From Ramazzottius varieornatus (Eukaryota; Animalia; Tardigrada), in assembly GCA_001949185.1 (NCBI GenBank), contig BDGG01000001.1:6671591-6735590 (forward strand): 64,000 bases of DNA, read 5' to 3'. Every line of letters begins with the position of its first letter. Position 1 is the first letter of the stretch. Position numbers and translations under genes: made by a program. Below the pieces are notes generated by a model. It was given only the letters and a program-made list of their open reading frames with translations. It did no database searches and was not told the origin of the DNA. Shown piece after piece: positions 23,916 through 36,300 of the stretch.

Positions 23916-24484
23916 TTCGGTGTTCTTACTATTCGGTCCGTCGAAAGAGAGCTGATTGTGTTGAGCTCTACCGTAATTAGTTCAACAGTATCCTTTGGAA
24001 AGTCTTTCCCGACATTACTTTCCGCAAAACACAGAATTACATCATGACAGCAACACGCCCTGACGAACGATATTCCAGTCAAAGGCGAATGACTCAAGGA
24101 CCGTCTCGAACATTCAAAATGCGAGGCTGATTACTTACGGCACAATCGTAAAGGGGAATGCGCACGATAGTACAAAATCAGGAGACTGGATAAACACACA
24201 CAATCAGTTATCAAAATTCGCTTCAGATAAGGCGTTCGTAAAGCTGCGAAAGGCAAACTTCACCACAATGCTAACAGGTGGCGGGGAACCTTTTCCAACT
24301 GTGAAATTTTTTTCATTCGGCATTCGCATACTCAGAATTCCAAATTGTTTGCGCAGAATTAAAAGACATCAAGTTTTCAGTTTTCTCACAGCAAAAAATC
24401 AGCGGTAAAAAGCACACCTACAGTAACGAAATACACCTTTTTAAATTTGAGATGAAAATTCAACGAGGCTGCCGTGAAGGTGTT

Positions 24485-27400
24485 TCAAACGTGAGATTGG
24501 ACGTAGTTGTTTTGAGCCAGTACGTCGGCAAGTGCTGAGTTACGCTGAAGTCGCGCGGCTTCGCGAGCTGCGACGTGGTCCGCTATGGAGACGATGGCGC
24601 CACCGTCGATGAGTGGATGGCTGGAAGGACTGCTGGGCGACCAGCTGATGGGGCGAGGAGTCGTGGACCTTGCGACTTCTTCACTGAAACTTGCGATGGA
24701 TCGGGGCATCTCGACGGAGGGCGACGTGGAAGACTCGCGACGGTTGTCGTTCATCAGAATACTGGATGTGGAATGTGGTGCTGGCCTTTGACGAGAGAAA
24801 CTGTTTAGGCTGATCATCTCGTGCATGGGCGAGTTGTAAACGATGGTCGAACCGATACGGCGAGGCTCGGAAGGGAGTAGCTGCGGTGTTCCATTCATCG
24901 CGGAAACTCTCTGTAGAAGGAGATCTTCAGTTTCTTCACGTCCATGGGCGTTGCAAACAGGCTTATGGGTTTTACCAGTTTAGAACAAAGTCGACCACAA
25001 AATACCGAAATTTGGAAAGAAAAAGGATGGAAAATGAAATTGGGTTTTACCTTTGCCTCCGAGTACGGTGAATTCACAGGTGCGGCGGACAAGTAAGTGT
25101 TTCTTCCATCCGCTTCGTTGACCATCTGACTGTTGCGAGCAAAGGCTGGGAGGAGTTTCGGACGAGGAAGTCGGTACTCGTACTCCATAACGGTGGAATC
25201 GATCCGTCCATTACGGGTAAGCTTGGGACTTTTGCTTCTCCTAAATGGTCGAGCTTTCACGAACAGTAGTGCGGCGACGGCCAGCATGAAGAAGATGGCA
25301 AAGAGGCCGATGAAGACGTACAGTCCGATCCATAATCCTATAGAAAACACGACTGCTGATATCATGGCAGAACTACAAGGAGCAAAGGTGAGCTTGACAA
25401 AGCTTACGTAGTTTGCCTCTTTCGATACGGTCAAAGTAGTCAACCGACAACCGAACATCGAAAACACATTCAAGCGAACTGACGCGAGCATGGAACGGGA
25501 GGCACGAGCAAGTGATTCGAGCAGAGCTTTCTTGAAACTGACACTCCGTCGATCGCACATCACAGCTGTGTTCCGCTTGTTCGCAGTAGTCAAAGGACTC
25601 GACCGTCGAAGAGTTGAACAATATCGATACGTTGCGGTACTTGGATGCGAGGAAACTGTTGACGAAGTGTCCGGAAGACAGCTCAGCATCGAGGGTCGTT
25701 AAGGCTCTGACGACGTCGCCCTTTGTGGGTAGTAGGGCGGATGAGTTGGAAGTCAAGAACTTGACCAAGAACTCGGCACGAAGTATGTTGGGATCAGGCG
25801 TCTCAGCTCGCTTCCGACGACGAGGTGTATTTGATGTGGTGCTGACGATCTGGGACGAAATCGACACCGACATGTTGCTTTTCTCCCACAGCGATCCTAA
25901 GGCTTCTTGTTGCTCGAACTACGAGTAGATCAAAAATTAAGATAAGAGAATTTGGAACCCGGGCAAATATGATCGATAATATCGTTTTCCAAGTGGCGCA
26001 AGCCTGCAGCCATCAGCCCTAGAAACGTGCGCCACTTGGGAAGCAGATGCTATCGAGACACTATAATCTATTGGACTCCTAGGTGTTCCATTTGTAAGCA
26101 TAAGAGAGTACTGGTACGGCAAATCGACTTCTGGAGAAGCTGGGCTTTTGAAGAGAAAGTCCCAACAAAGTACTTTCTAAGATATTTACCTGTTGCGAAA
26201 TGGCCTCCAGAAACCTCTGGGTGTCGGTACTGTCGGACCCAGCTGTTTGGCCATTGGTCGGGTCCACGGGTTCCAGGTGAAGGTTCACGTCCGCATGATA
26301 GACTTTGTTCGCTTCTCGGCATTTACCAGCAGTCCGAATTTTGGATAGTGGGCAGTAGCATCTCCTGACCGATTCTGCCTCGGCTGAAGTTGATCCGTCC
26401 AGCACAAACCCTTCTTTGCAGTTACACGCCTCCAGCGCGTCTCTTTGACTCGAAGGACCAACCAAGTCCAGTTTAGGGTAGCAGTGGCGATTCTCCCCAC
26501 ACGACGAGTTATCACAAGTTCTCACCGACTCGATTTCAGGCATCATTTCGGTTGTTCCGGAAGAAATGGTTTTCGATTGTGAAGTAAAGACCGCTAAAAG
26601 GTCGCCAGTCGAGTCAGATGACACAGTGGAATTGAAAACAACAGGTAAAATGGCGCTTTCCGTTTCCGAGGTGGATGACGTCACGGTAGCGCTCTGATTT
26701 ACAGTGGAGGCGACCGCAATGGCGGATGACGTCAATGCGTTGGTATCGTGAAAGTCAGCTCGGCCAACCGGGGAAGCCTGAATGGTGGGTGTGGTCACGT
26801 GATTAGTGAATGCGGATTCTGTGGTAAAGTGGTCAGCAGGCTGGTCGGCCCTTTCAGCACTGGTGGTCAATGCAACCTGTTGGGGAGCCGCTTTTGAAGT
26901 TGATTCGTTGATTTGGGCTGTCACTGTCTGAGGAATTTCTGGAATGATCGTTTGCGCTGTGGTGGTGTCTTCCTGGGGCTCAGGGAAAGCTGTCCTTGCT
27001 GATGAGTTGTTCCTGCGCGGAGGGATGGAAGTGGTGAGAAGGTCGGTGAAGGCAGATGGATTTTCTTCACCGGATCCCTCCATATTGTTGTCGTCCGCAG
27101 CTGAAATTTCGACTTCCGGTAAGAAAATTCAATCATATTGGTAGCACTTCGTCGAAAGTTTCTTACCGGACTCTTGTGTTTCTCTGGTGCTCAGATCCAT
27201 CAGATGTTCCGAACTCGTTGAGAATGAGGGTGGAAGAGAGATTAAAGGTGCCGTGGGAGCGAGAATGAAGGCAGCCGAGGTAACTTTTCCATCACGAATT
27301 TCTAGACTATCTCCACCGTCATGTTCGTCTTCCCTTGTAGCAATAAATTCCCCGATCGGGGTCACATTGTTCGGATCAGGCATCCTGTTGTCCGGTGGGT

Positions 27401-27521
27401 ACAAAATTGAAGGATCAGCAAGTACACTTCCACACAACAACAGTAGTAAGAAGTTCTGCAGGGTAAACTTCGTTGCAGCTGGACGAAGGAAGGGAATCGT
27501 CTTGGACTTCTTCCCCGTCAT
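24485..27521 (-). CDS. Mucin/proteoglycan-like type I membrane protein: signal peptide, S/T-rich stalk, EGF-like, SEA-like with RRRKR site, EGF-like, TM, cytoplasmic tail
   Basis: LQNFLLLLLCGSVLA signal; EGSG glycosaminoglycan-type site; Thr/Ser-rich region; Cys modules (CGENRHC...CNCKEGF; CEQAEHSCDVRSTEC...CSCLP); TM IGLWIGLYVFIGLFAIFFMLAVAALLFV followed by basic residues. Confidence 0.8.
25961..26058. repeat. Intronic palindromic element
   Basis: atcgttttccaagtggcgca...gtgcgccacttgggaagcagat. Confidence 0.85.
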
Positions 27522-28263
27522 CCTCAAAGATCACGATCGAAGCGCATTCACCATCACTGAAAAACAAAGGCAGGACTCCGTTCTCTAACATTCAGACTGT
27601 TCCCGTTGCGAATGATCATAACAGATATTTTCCTCCATAGTTTATCGGACGATGATGAACAAAAAGAGAAGAATGAGCGATTTTTCAAACAACCTCATCA
27701 CCGTCGTCATAACAAACCTCGCTGGTATTCACGTCCTTCTGCTTCCATCACGGCCGGCTGGGACGCAAAACAGAAGCACTATGGGACTTTTCATCTGGTG
27801 ACTACACTGCCATTTTCTACGATTTACGTCATGGTTGCTTATCTTATCGCAGCTGGACACGAAGCAGCTCTGGCTGGCATCTGGTCCCTTAAACTCTTTT
27901 TAATGTCGTTGTGTATGTTTTTCGGCTGATACCCCCTTTAATGAATCAGTACGTGACTGTGGCTGCTCATACCATTATCAAAAGTCAAAATCGCCGAATA
28001 CACCCTCCTTCGTTCTTTCGGTATCGAGAGAAGCAGCCAGCATCAACAGGGCAGCACGCCAAAACATGGCCCCCACAATGCCATGGGAAATGCACGTCTC
28101 ACCACACACAGCATTCACAGGCACAGACTAAATGTTCCGCTCTATTAAACTCATAATCGATATGGTTATTCTCTTGTTGTAGGTTCTTGGAACAAAGAAG
28201 AAACTCCATGGCATCAACACTTTCCTTTCAGAACACTAGGAAAAAAGGCCGTGCCGAAAGTTA

Positions 28264-28293
28264 CTTCCGGTCCCGTCTCCCGGTAGGTGGCGC
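28264..28293. promoter_or_regulatory. ETS-like (acttccgg) and CTCF-like (ccggtaggtggcgc) motifs between the divergent mucin-like and filamin genes
   Basis: Motif matches only, in an intergenic position upstream of both genes. Confidence 0.35.
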
Positions 28294-30384
28294 GCCGCAC
28301 AGTGTCCAGCTAACCACGCCCACTGACGGTTTTCCGCGATGACGTATTGCGCAACGATGCCGGGTGGTGTTTTCCGTTGTATTCTAAACCGGCACGTAAC
28401 TTTGCCTTTGCAGACGCGAGTGTTTATCGCACTTTATGGTTTCAGGTTCCATCATTGCATTCATTGGAAAGATGATCTTACTGAATTGGATCTTCAGGTA
28501 TGCAAATCCGATTTGCCTTACAGAAGTATTGCCAGCTACCGTTTGATGAGCGCAGTAGTTGGCAAACTTTAATCGAGTCTGTATTTGATAGGCTTTACTG
28601 GGATACGTCTCTCTGTCGCAAAATGTGCTGACAGCTGCACATTCAGCCCACTCGACGGTAACTTGTCTTTATTTATAACCAACATTGTCAAGATTGCTTG
28701 GCGATGGGATAATGGGCGCTTGAATCAGATCGCAAGTAATATGCATTTGGCTTATTTCAGGCAACCTGATGACGTCGTTCCGGATGAGTTGGCGTGGATG
28801 GCTGATGCCTCACGGTGTACATTGCGCACCACGTAATGGCGGTACATGGAAACAGGTTCTTTTGGAGGTAAGTGTGGAGGAAGAGTGAAAGAGTGAGATG
28901 GAGATGCCGTATCAGCCCCTAGGAGATTACTCAATCACACCAGTTGATTACATGGAGCTTTAGGTGCATTGAATTAGATCAGCGACTCATCAGAGTTCTC
29001 TGTCACTCGCGCCAATCGACTCAAGAACCCCAACATACCGCTAATTTAGGCTTATACAGTTAAACACTCGAATGACACGCAAGAATAACGTAGAGAAAGG
29101 TCTACGAAGAAAGAAGAAGCAGAATCACCTTGACTCTCAAACGGTGAAACATCGGTAAAAGAAAAATATACATCCACAATTTCGGTCAGACCTGAACTCG
29201 CTAGATTTCTGTATAAACATTACTAAAAATTTTCGGCTTGACTTTTCTAATAAAAATGGTTCGATATACCTTTGAACAGCTTTGTTAAGTGGACGGTAAA
29301 CTGTTTGTGATACTTCTTGGGTTTCCAATGAAACTTGGTGTCAACGTTTTGGGTTGTATTTGGCCGGGGGGGGGGTTTCCGGGTGCAGGTTGACGCAGTT
29401 TGGAAGTACGTCGGTATGATCAAAGATAATATTCCGAATGAAGTGGCTGTAATGAATAGGAAGAGCGCGATGCGTGGTTGCGATTGTCTCGCTCTTGGCC
29501 ATAATTGTACGGTACGTCGGGGGTTATACGCTTAACACTAGATGATGATCTTTTAATTTTCGACCAAACCGGTTTTTTCACCTGGTACCATACCTTCGCC
29601 AATGTAATGTTTGTTGGCCATTGATGCAACACATGTCAAAGTATGCAGCGAAGAAGAAGTGCCTTTTCTTCGCTGCTCCACTTTGACGTACACTTGTAGA
29701 GCATACACACGCGCACCGTCACTCGGCAAACTCTGTGTTCTTCATACAGAGCGTACCAGCAGGTAGACCTTTGTGAGAGCTCTTTTTCTTTTCCTCTTCT
29801 TTTCACTTCGTTGAGATCTCGTTGCGTGGCCGCAACTTTGCTCTGTATCTTCATCTTTCTGCTGCACACCTGTTGCGCTTCTCTACCGTGCCACTTTTAG
29901 AACGGTACCGTTCAACGGTGTGGAAAGAAGAATCGTCGATTTGGTTCAGTACTAGCTTTACATCAATCTTTGAGCGGTCAAGAATTGTATCGCATACTCT
30001 ATCTTCCACACAACGTCCCCCGAAGGACCATGTGAAGAAATTCTGATCCGTAAACAAACCGGAATATTCATCATCGTTATGCGATTTGTTTTTCGGAAAT
30101 AATATGCTGGTCTGAAGGAGGCTCTCCGGCAGTCATTCGGAATATATTTTTAAAACTGCAATGTTCCTCTAGTCTTGAAAAAGCTTCGAGTGCAGTCTAA
30201 AGGTACGGAGACTGTTTCTGTTCGGGCACTGTGCCTTGGTGAGACTGTGCTCTGAAAATACCTGGCCGACGCGAACTCTCAATTTTCACCAATTTTTTTC
30301 CTACGAGTTGTCGTGGCCTATTAAAGCCGGTGGTACGATGTGACAATGCAGCATTGGGTTTTCTCTTGTAGACGCTAAAGTAAA

Positions 30385-33300
30385 ATGTCGGTGGTCAACG
30401 GTGGATACCGTATGGCGCGTCAGCTCAGCTCGCCAGCTGGTGCCGACAAAAATTCCTTCATGGCTTCCAACCGGGCTCGATCCCGCGAAGGCCATGCCGC
30501 AGCCCCGATGGGCATCAAGGACGACGACCAGCGTTGGGTCCAGATCCAGCAGAAGACCTTCACCAACTGGGTGAACGAACAGCTGAAGGCCGTCGGCAAG
30601 CGTCTGGACAATGTCCAGATTGACTTTATCGACGGCGTCAACCTAATTGCCCTCATCGAAGTTCTCCAAGGTCGCCGCATAGGCAAGGCCTTCCAGAACG
30701 CCGTCAACCAGCATCAGATGCTGGAGAATGTCCAGTTGGCGCTGAATGCCATGATTGACGACAATATCAAGCTAGTCAATATCGGTAAGGAATATTCTGT
30801 TCAAACTCAACATATTTTAGCTTTATTTTATTTTTGTAATTTTATTTTTGAGATATTTTGAGGGTTGTTTGTGTGAGGGGCAGTCCTAGGTTTCATAACG
30901 ATGGGAACTGCAGGTCGAGCGAGACGACACTGTTTACGGATGAAAGTATTACGTCGGTTAAAAAAAACACAGGCCGTCAATAAGAGAGGCTGTTGTATTC
31001 CTAACGAGAGTCTGTTGCAGCTGATGTATTGCAACGTGTTGAAACTGTTGGTAAGATAATATTTTGACGCGAGGACTTTGTCCGATCTTTCGGCCTTGGC
31101 CCTGTCCAGCGGTACCACGTCCCCCCACACGTCCGCCAAACGGACTGAAACTAGTGCTCGATCTTTGGATCGCTATGATACCCAAGGCCAAAAATTCGAT
31201 TAGAGCCAGTCCAATGAACAGCAACATACCAAAACCCAATGTCTTTTATAATGGGAACTCTGTGTCATAATAATCGCCAGGAAGACTTCTGGCCTTTTTC
31301 AAAGCTGATTCTACGAAGATGATTTTAACGTGCAGACTCCAGCGTAGTTCCTTTGAGAACGAAGATTCGTAAAACAGTTTTTTGTGGGTGTGAAATGGGT
31401 TCTCTGAAGGTCGAAGGTGGAAGTGCAAGTATGGTGGTCGGAATAGGGCGCAGCAAAAAGTTCGTGAGGAGAAGAGCTGTTTTTACGGATGACTACGCGC
31501 TGTAATTGCCCATCGATGTCTTTTTAAATGCGCCGTTTAGTGGTGTGTTTCGGTTTTGGTCAGACTGTGAGGCATGTTACAGTACTGTCAGACAGTTCAG
31601 TGCAGAAGGTGGTAGATAATCAAGTGACGTCGAGAAGTGTTTCCGTCTGGCATCAGCAAGTTTAGGTTAATGTCCTTAAATGGTGATTGCTCGCATAACT
31701 TACCGTCGCCGACACATACCCGAACCATATTCCGCTTCCGAACGTGCTTGTACTCAAAGGCAAAATATTCAGAAGTGATTTTACGAGGACTGATATTTTA
31801 TCACACCGAAGTCGATTTTATTGTGGTGTGTGTTTTCGGAAGTGGGTTTTTGAATGAAGTGGTAAAGTGCGAGATTAGTGCGGTTTATGAGCTGTAACAT
31901 TGGTGAGATATGGGGTTTAAGTTTAACAGATTGAGACATTGTCGGGTCCGCTGTGGCGAAAGTAAGGCAAGTGCGGAAAGCGCAACTGATGTTGTACCTG
32001 TAGCAGTTCATTCGAACGACCTGCAAACACTTTTGCATCAAGGTGTGTGTATTCGGCACGTGCGTCCTGCTGATAGATTACGCTATTGCTACACTGAAAC
32101 AGTGTCGCTTTTGCTCAGTCGACTCGAAGACTTGTTGCACTATCGGCAACCCGAACAAAAACTTCACATTTTCAGATTTTACTTGTAGCTAATATGAAGT
32201 CTTAAGAGTCCGAAGACAAGCATCCGTGTCTCCGCAAAAACAGAAGTGGCATGGAAATACCAGGAAAAAAACCACGAAAAGTTGTGAGGACGCACAGTTG
32301 ATTATTCTGGCGATCCAAAATGCAAATGGAGAAATAAACATATCCCAAAAAGCGATCAGGATGCTATGCTGTAGCGGTTTCGAAGCTCGGATCGAAGTGC
32401 TGTTTGGACCTACGGTTGAAAAGAAAATTAATTTATGCGGCGAACTAGTTTTCCTTTCGCAGCTCATCACTTTCTTCTTTTCACACGTATTCTTACAGTT
32501 GATTAGTTCCACTTCATTTTCCTCATCTTCTCTTTCACTTCAGGTCGAACCTCGCTAAAGGCGGAATAGTGATTCCATTGAGATGTTTATTTGGGGTTTT
32601 CGCCTATTGTTAGCGAGCTGTCAGATGGTGACAACGACCACTGATGCCTTGTCCAACAAAAGCGAGGTTAATTGCCGGAACACCTACTGCGGTCACACAT
32701 TTTCGTACGTGTTAATCTCCAACCGAATAACTCGACCAGAAAAGAAAACGATGCTGATGTTAAGAGTAAGATTACGTAGGAAGTGGATGAATATAGTATT
32801 ATATTCGATTCCACTTGAGAGCACATTGCTGCATAAATTTAGTCTAATCGAGAAAAAGTGATTAGCTGGCGGCTCATTGCGGTACACATCAGCGCAGTAA
32901 AGACTTGTGATGATTGATGGATGGCACAAACTCTACTGTATATTGCGTAATGGTGTTTACCATCGGGGCGGGTTTTGTTAATTTCTCAAGTCATAACTGC
33001 AGGTAATCGCATGTCAGACTGTTTGCTCTCAGAAGTCGTAATTGCCTGCCTAAAATATCCCATCGCTGCAAAGGAAACTTTGGCCACATTCTCGAAATTG
33101 GCCATTATAGGATGCAAGAATAGAATTGACAGAAAGTGAAAAGGAAGAAAAGGTTTTGATGTGATTGTGTTTGGCCGTTTCAGGAAATCAAGATATCGTC
33201 GAAGGCAACCTGAAGCTGATCCTGGGGTTAATATGGACGCTCATTTTAAAATACCAGATTGGTCATTCGCACCTTCCGCCCAAGAAACTGATGTTGGCCT

Positions 33301-36300
33301 GGCTGCAAGCTGCACTGCGCGACATGAAGATCAAAAACTTCACACGCGATTGGAACGATGGTGTCGCCCTCTGGTAAGAACCTCTACTGCTTCGCCAGGA
33401 ACTTTTCCTTTGTGTATGGAAAACTACTTCTTGGAAAGACTGAACCTCCGTCTTTAGTACGATTTAACCTGGTACATAGCTTTGATTCTTAACCACCATC
33501 TCTAGTGAGCATAGTATCGATAGTACTAAACTGACCGCGGATGGAAATCAAAGATGGGATTGGCTTTTTCTACGTTCTGTCCAAAATTATACAGCATTCC
33601 TTGCCGTCAACTTTCTGCGCACGGTCTTCTGCAGTATGGAAATTGATTCTGGCTTGACAATAACAGTTTGATCATCATTGCAGTGGAATCCTGGAGTACT
33701 GCAAACCTGGTCTCTTTCCCAACTGGCGCAACATGGACCGTTCCCGCAAAGTGGAGAACTGCCGGCTAGCCATGGAGACTGCCGAACGCGAGTTCGGTAT
33801 CCCCATGCTGATCTCACCCGAAGATTTGGCCAGTCCCGATCTGGACGAACTCTCGGGCATGACTTATCTGTCCTACTTCATGAACAGCCCCACCAGTCCT
33901 GGCTATAAAGCCACCCTGCGCTGGGTCAAAAGCCAGATACCCGAACAGAACGTCGAAAACTTCACCGTATGTGTTTAATTCTCTTATTCGTATCCGAAAT
34001 CGGCTATCTTATTTGTATCTTTCACTCGCTGATTGTTGTGGCTCTTTGTACAGACTGACTGGAACGACGGAAGGGTGGTTGGTGCACTGGTCAAGTCCCT
34101 AGGTGGCGTTGTGCCGGGTTACACGACCCAGACCTACGATAGGTTTGCTTGGGAGGACAACCTGAACAGAGGTTTCAGAGGGGGAAGAGATCTCGGTGTG
34201 GAACCGATCCTGACTCCCAAGCAGATGGCGGAAGCTGTGGAGGAACATCTGGGGACTATGGCTTATGCTGCATGGTTCCAAAGCGCCAACCCCTTACCGA
34301 TAAGGAGTGGAGGTGAAAAGATCCGCGTGTCGGGCGAAGGACTGCATACAGCCTACGTTGGCAAACCTGTAAGTAAAAGCAATGACAGGGAATAGCGTCA
34401 AACTAAGAAAGAACAGATGCATAAGCCAGTCGCACAAAAAAGGCCTAAACCGCCATTTTCAGTGTTCCAGCTCTCTTACCAAGTAGCGCAGAGTGATGCC
34501 CGCAGCAAGAAAGGGTTTGAGTGGCGCATCGAAAGAAAAATTCGGGCAGCAGATGTTCAGAACTAAAAAATTAACAAACGATATTCCGATCGCTTTACGT
34601 TTTTTCTGGCTTTTAGGCTCACTTTCAAATTCAGTTTATCGACGACGTCGATCCCTCCACTATCCGTGCGGAGCTACGAGGACCCAGTGGTGTGATACCT
34701 GTCAAAATGAAGTTGGGCGAGAACGGCGGTAGCGCCACCTATGTGGCCACCGAGACCGGTCCGCACGAGCTCTTCATCTACTGCGAAGGCGAGCTGCTCA
34801 AAGAATGCCCCAGGAAGGTCCGTGTTCATCCCGACATCTCCAAAGTCCAGTTCAAGGGCTTCCCGGAGAAGCCTGTCGCCCTTGGGCAGAACGTCCCCAT
34901 GGTGGTACGTATACCGTAATCCTCCTCCATGAAAACCGATAAAATTTCTACGCAATCAAATACGACAAGATCGTTTTCCTAAGTGGCGCGAGTGCTCAGC
35001 TAATAACACTGCGAACGTGCGCCACTTGGGAAACAGTCTTGACAACGTTGTTTGCTCAGCTCTCGTTCTTCACTCTTTACCTGTCTTATCAATGAAGCAA
35101 GAGTAACCACCTCGGAATATTTTCCTCTCAACTGGGCTATTGTTTCGTCACGGAGTCATATCTCTGTTTGAATGGAAAGTAAGCCGAGGAGCTCAACTTG
35201 ACTCACATAGCTTATCGGATATTTTTATGAAACTTATCGGCCATTTTAATCTTCCACCATGTTGCGCTTCAGGTTTCTCATACGTGTTGTGTTTTGTGGT
35301 TTGGCAGGTGGAAGCTAAAGGGGCGGGCAAAGGTGAGCTAGTGGTGGAAGCCCGCGCGCCATCCGGTCGCATGATGAAATGCCCAGTCAGCGAGCACAAC
35401 GGCAGCTACTCGGCCAAGTTCCAGCCTGACGAGATCGGTAAGGCTTGTAAACTGTCGACTCTGACTAGCTCGCAATAAAGTGTACGAAGCGCATCCTTCC
35501 TCCTGCTTTTCACTTGCTGGTCAGACATCTTTAGGCGTCGAGCTCACGAGACAGTGAATGATGGAGTGAGGGTACACCGACTACTTACGGTACAATCGAG
35601 CAAACTCACCATGCGAAGACGGCGAAGTCAGTAGCTTGACTAATGTTGTTATGCACTCGAGTGGAACGCGCGGCGCTTTATTCCCCTTGTTGAACTGTCC
35701 ATTGTGCGGTCGGTTTAATCGCCGTAAATTATAGACGCCGAGTACCCTCCTACGCGATTGTTCCCATCTAAACGTGATTTCCCCCAATTAACCTACTCGA
35801 AAGTTCATCTTAGTGCCCACCTTTATTATTTCTGAAACAAATCTTCGAACTCGGAATACCAGACTTTCGGATGGTCCAACTGTTGGACAAAGGATCTAAC
35901 TTACCACTGTACGCGCATGCCAACACCGACAGTTCGAAGAGAAAAATCCTCTATCGCTTTGACTGTTTTCGATACTTTGATGAGCTGATTCTGTAGTTTG
36001 CTGCCACCTAATTTCCAGTCAAGTTAGTCCCGACTACGGGTTCTGCAATATTCGGTTATTTTTCTACATATTTTCGCATGCCCATAGTTGCTGCTATTTC
36101 TTCTACAGTGCTTACCGTTTTCCATTCTGCTGATATGGGCTTTGTTCAGTGTGCTGGTTGATTTCAGGCGTTTGCGGCTCTGATTGAACATTTGGGCTTT
36201 TGTAGGTGAGTGGCAGGTGGGGATAACGTACGACGGGACGCACATCAAGGGTAGCCCCTTCAGCTGTCTGGTCTTTGATCCCAACGCCGTCAAAGTGTCG

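Noticed and set aside
29137-30057. Chain of short minus-strand ORFs upstream of filamin
   Set aside because: Multiple stops and no family motif recognised; cannot be supported as a gene or transposon.
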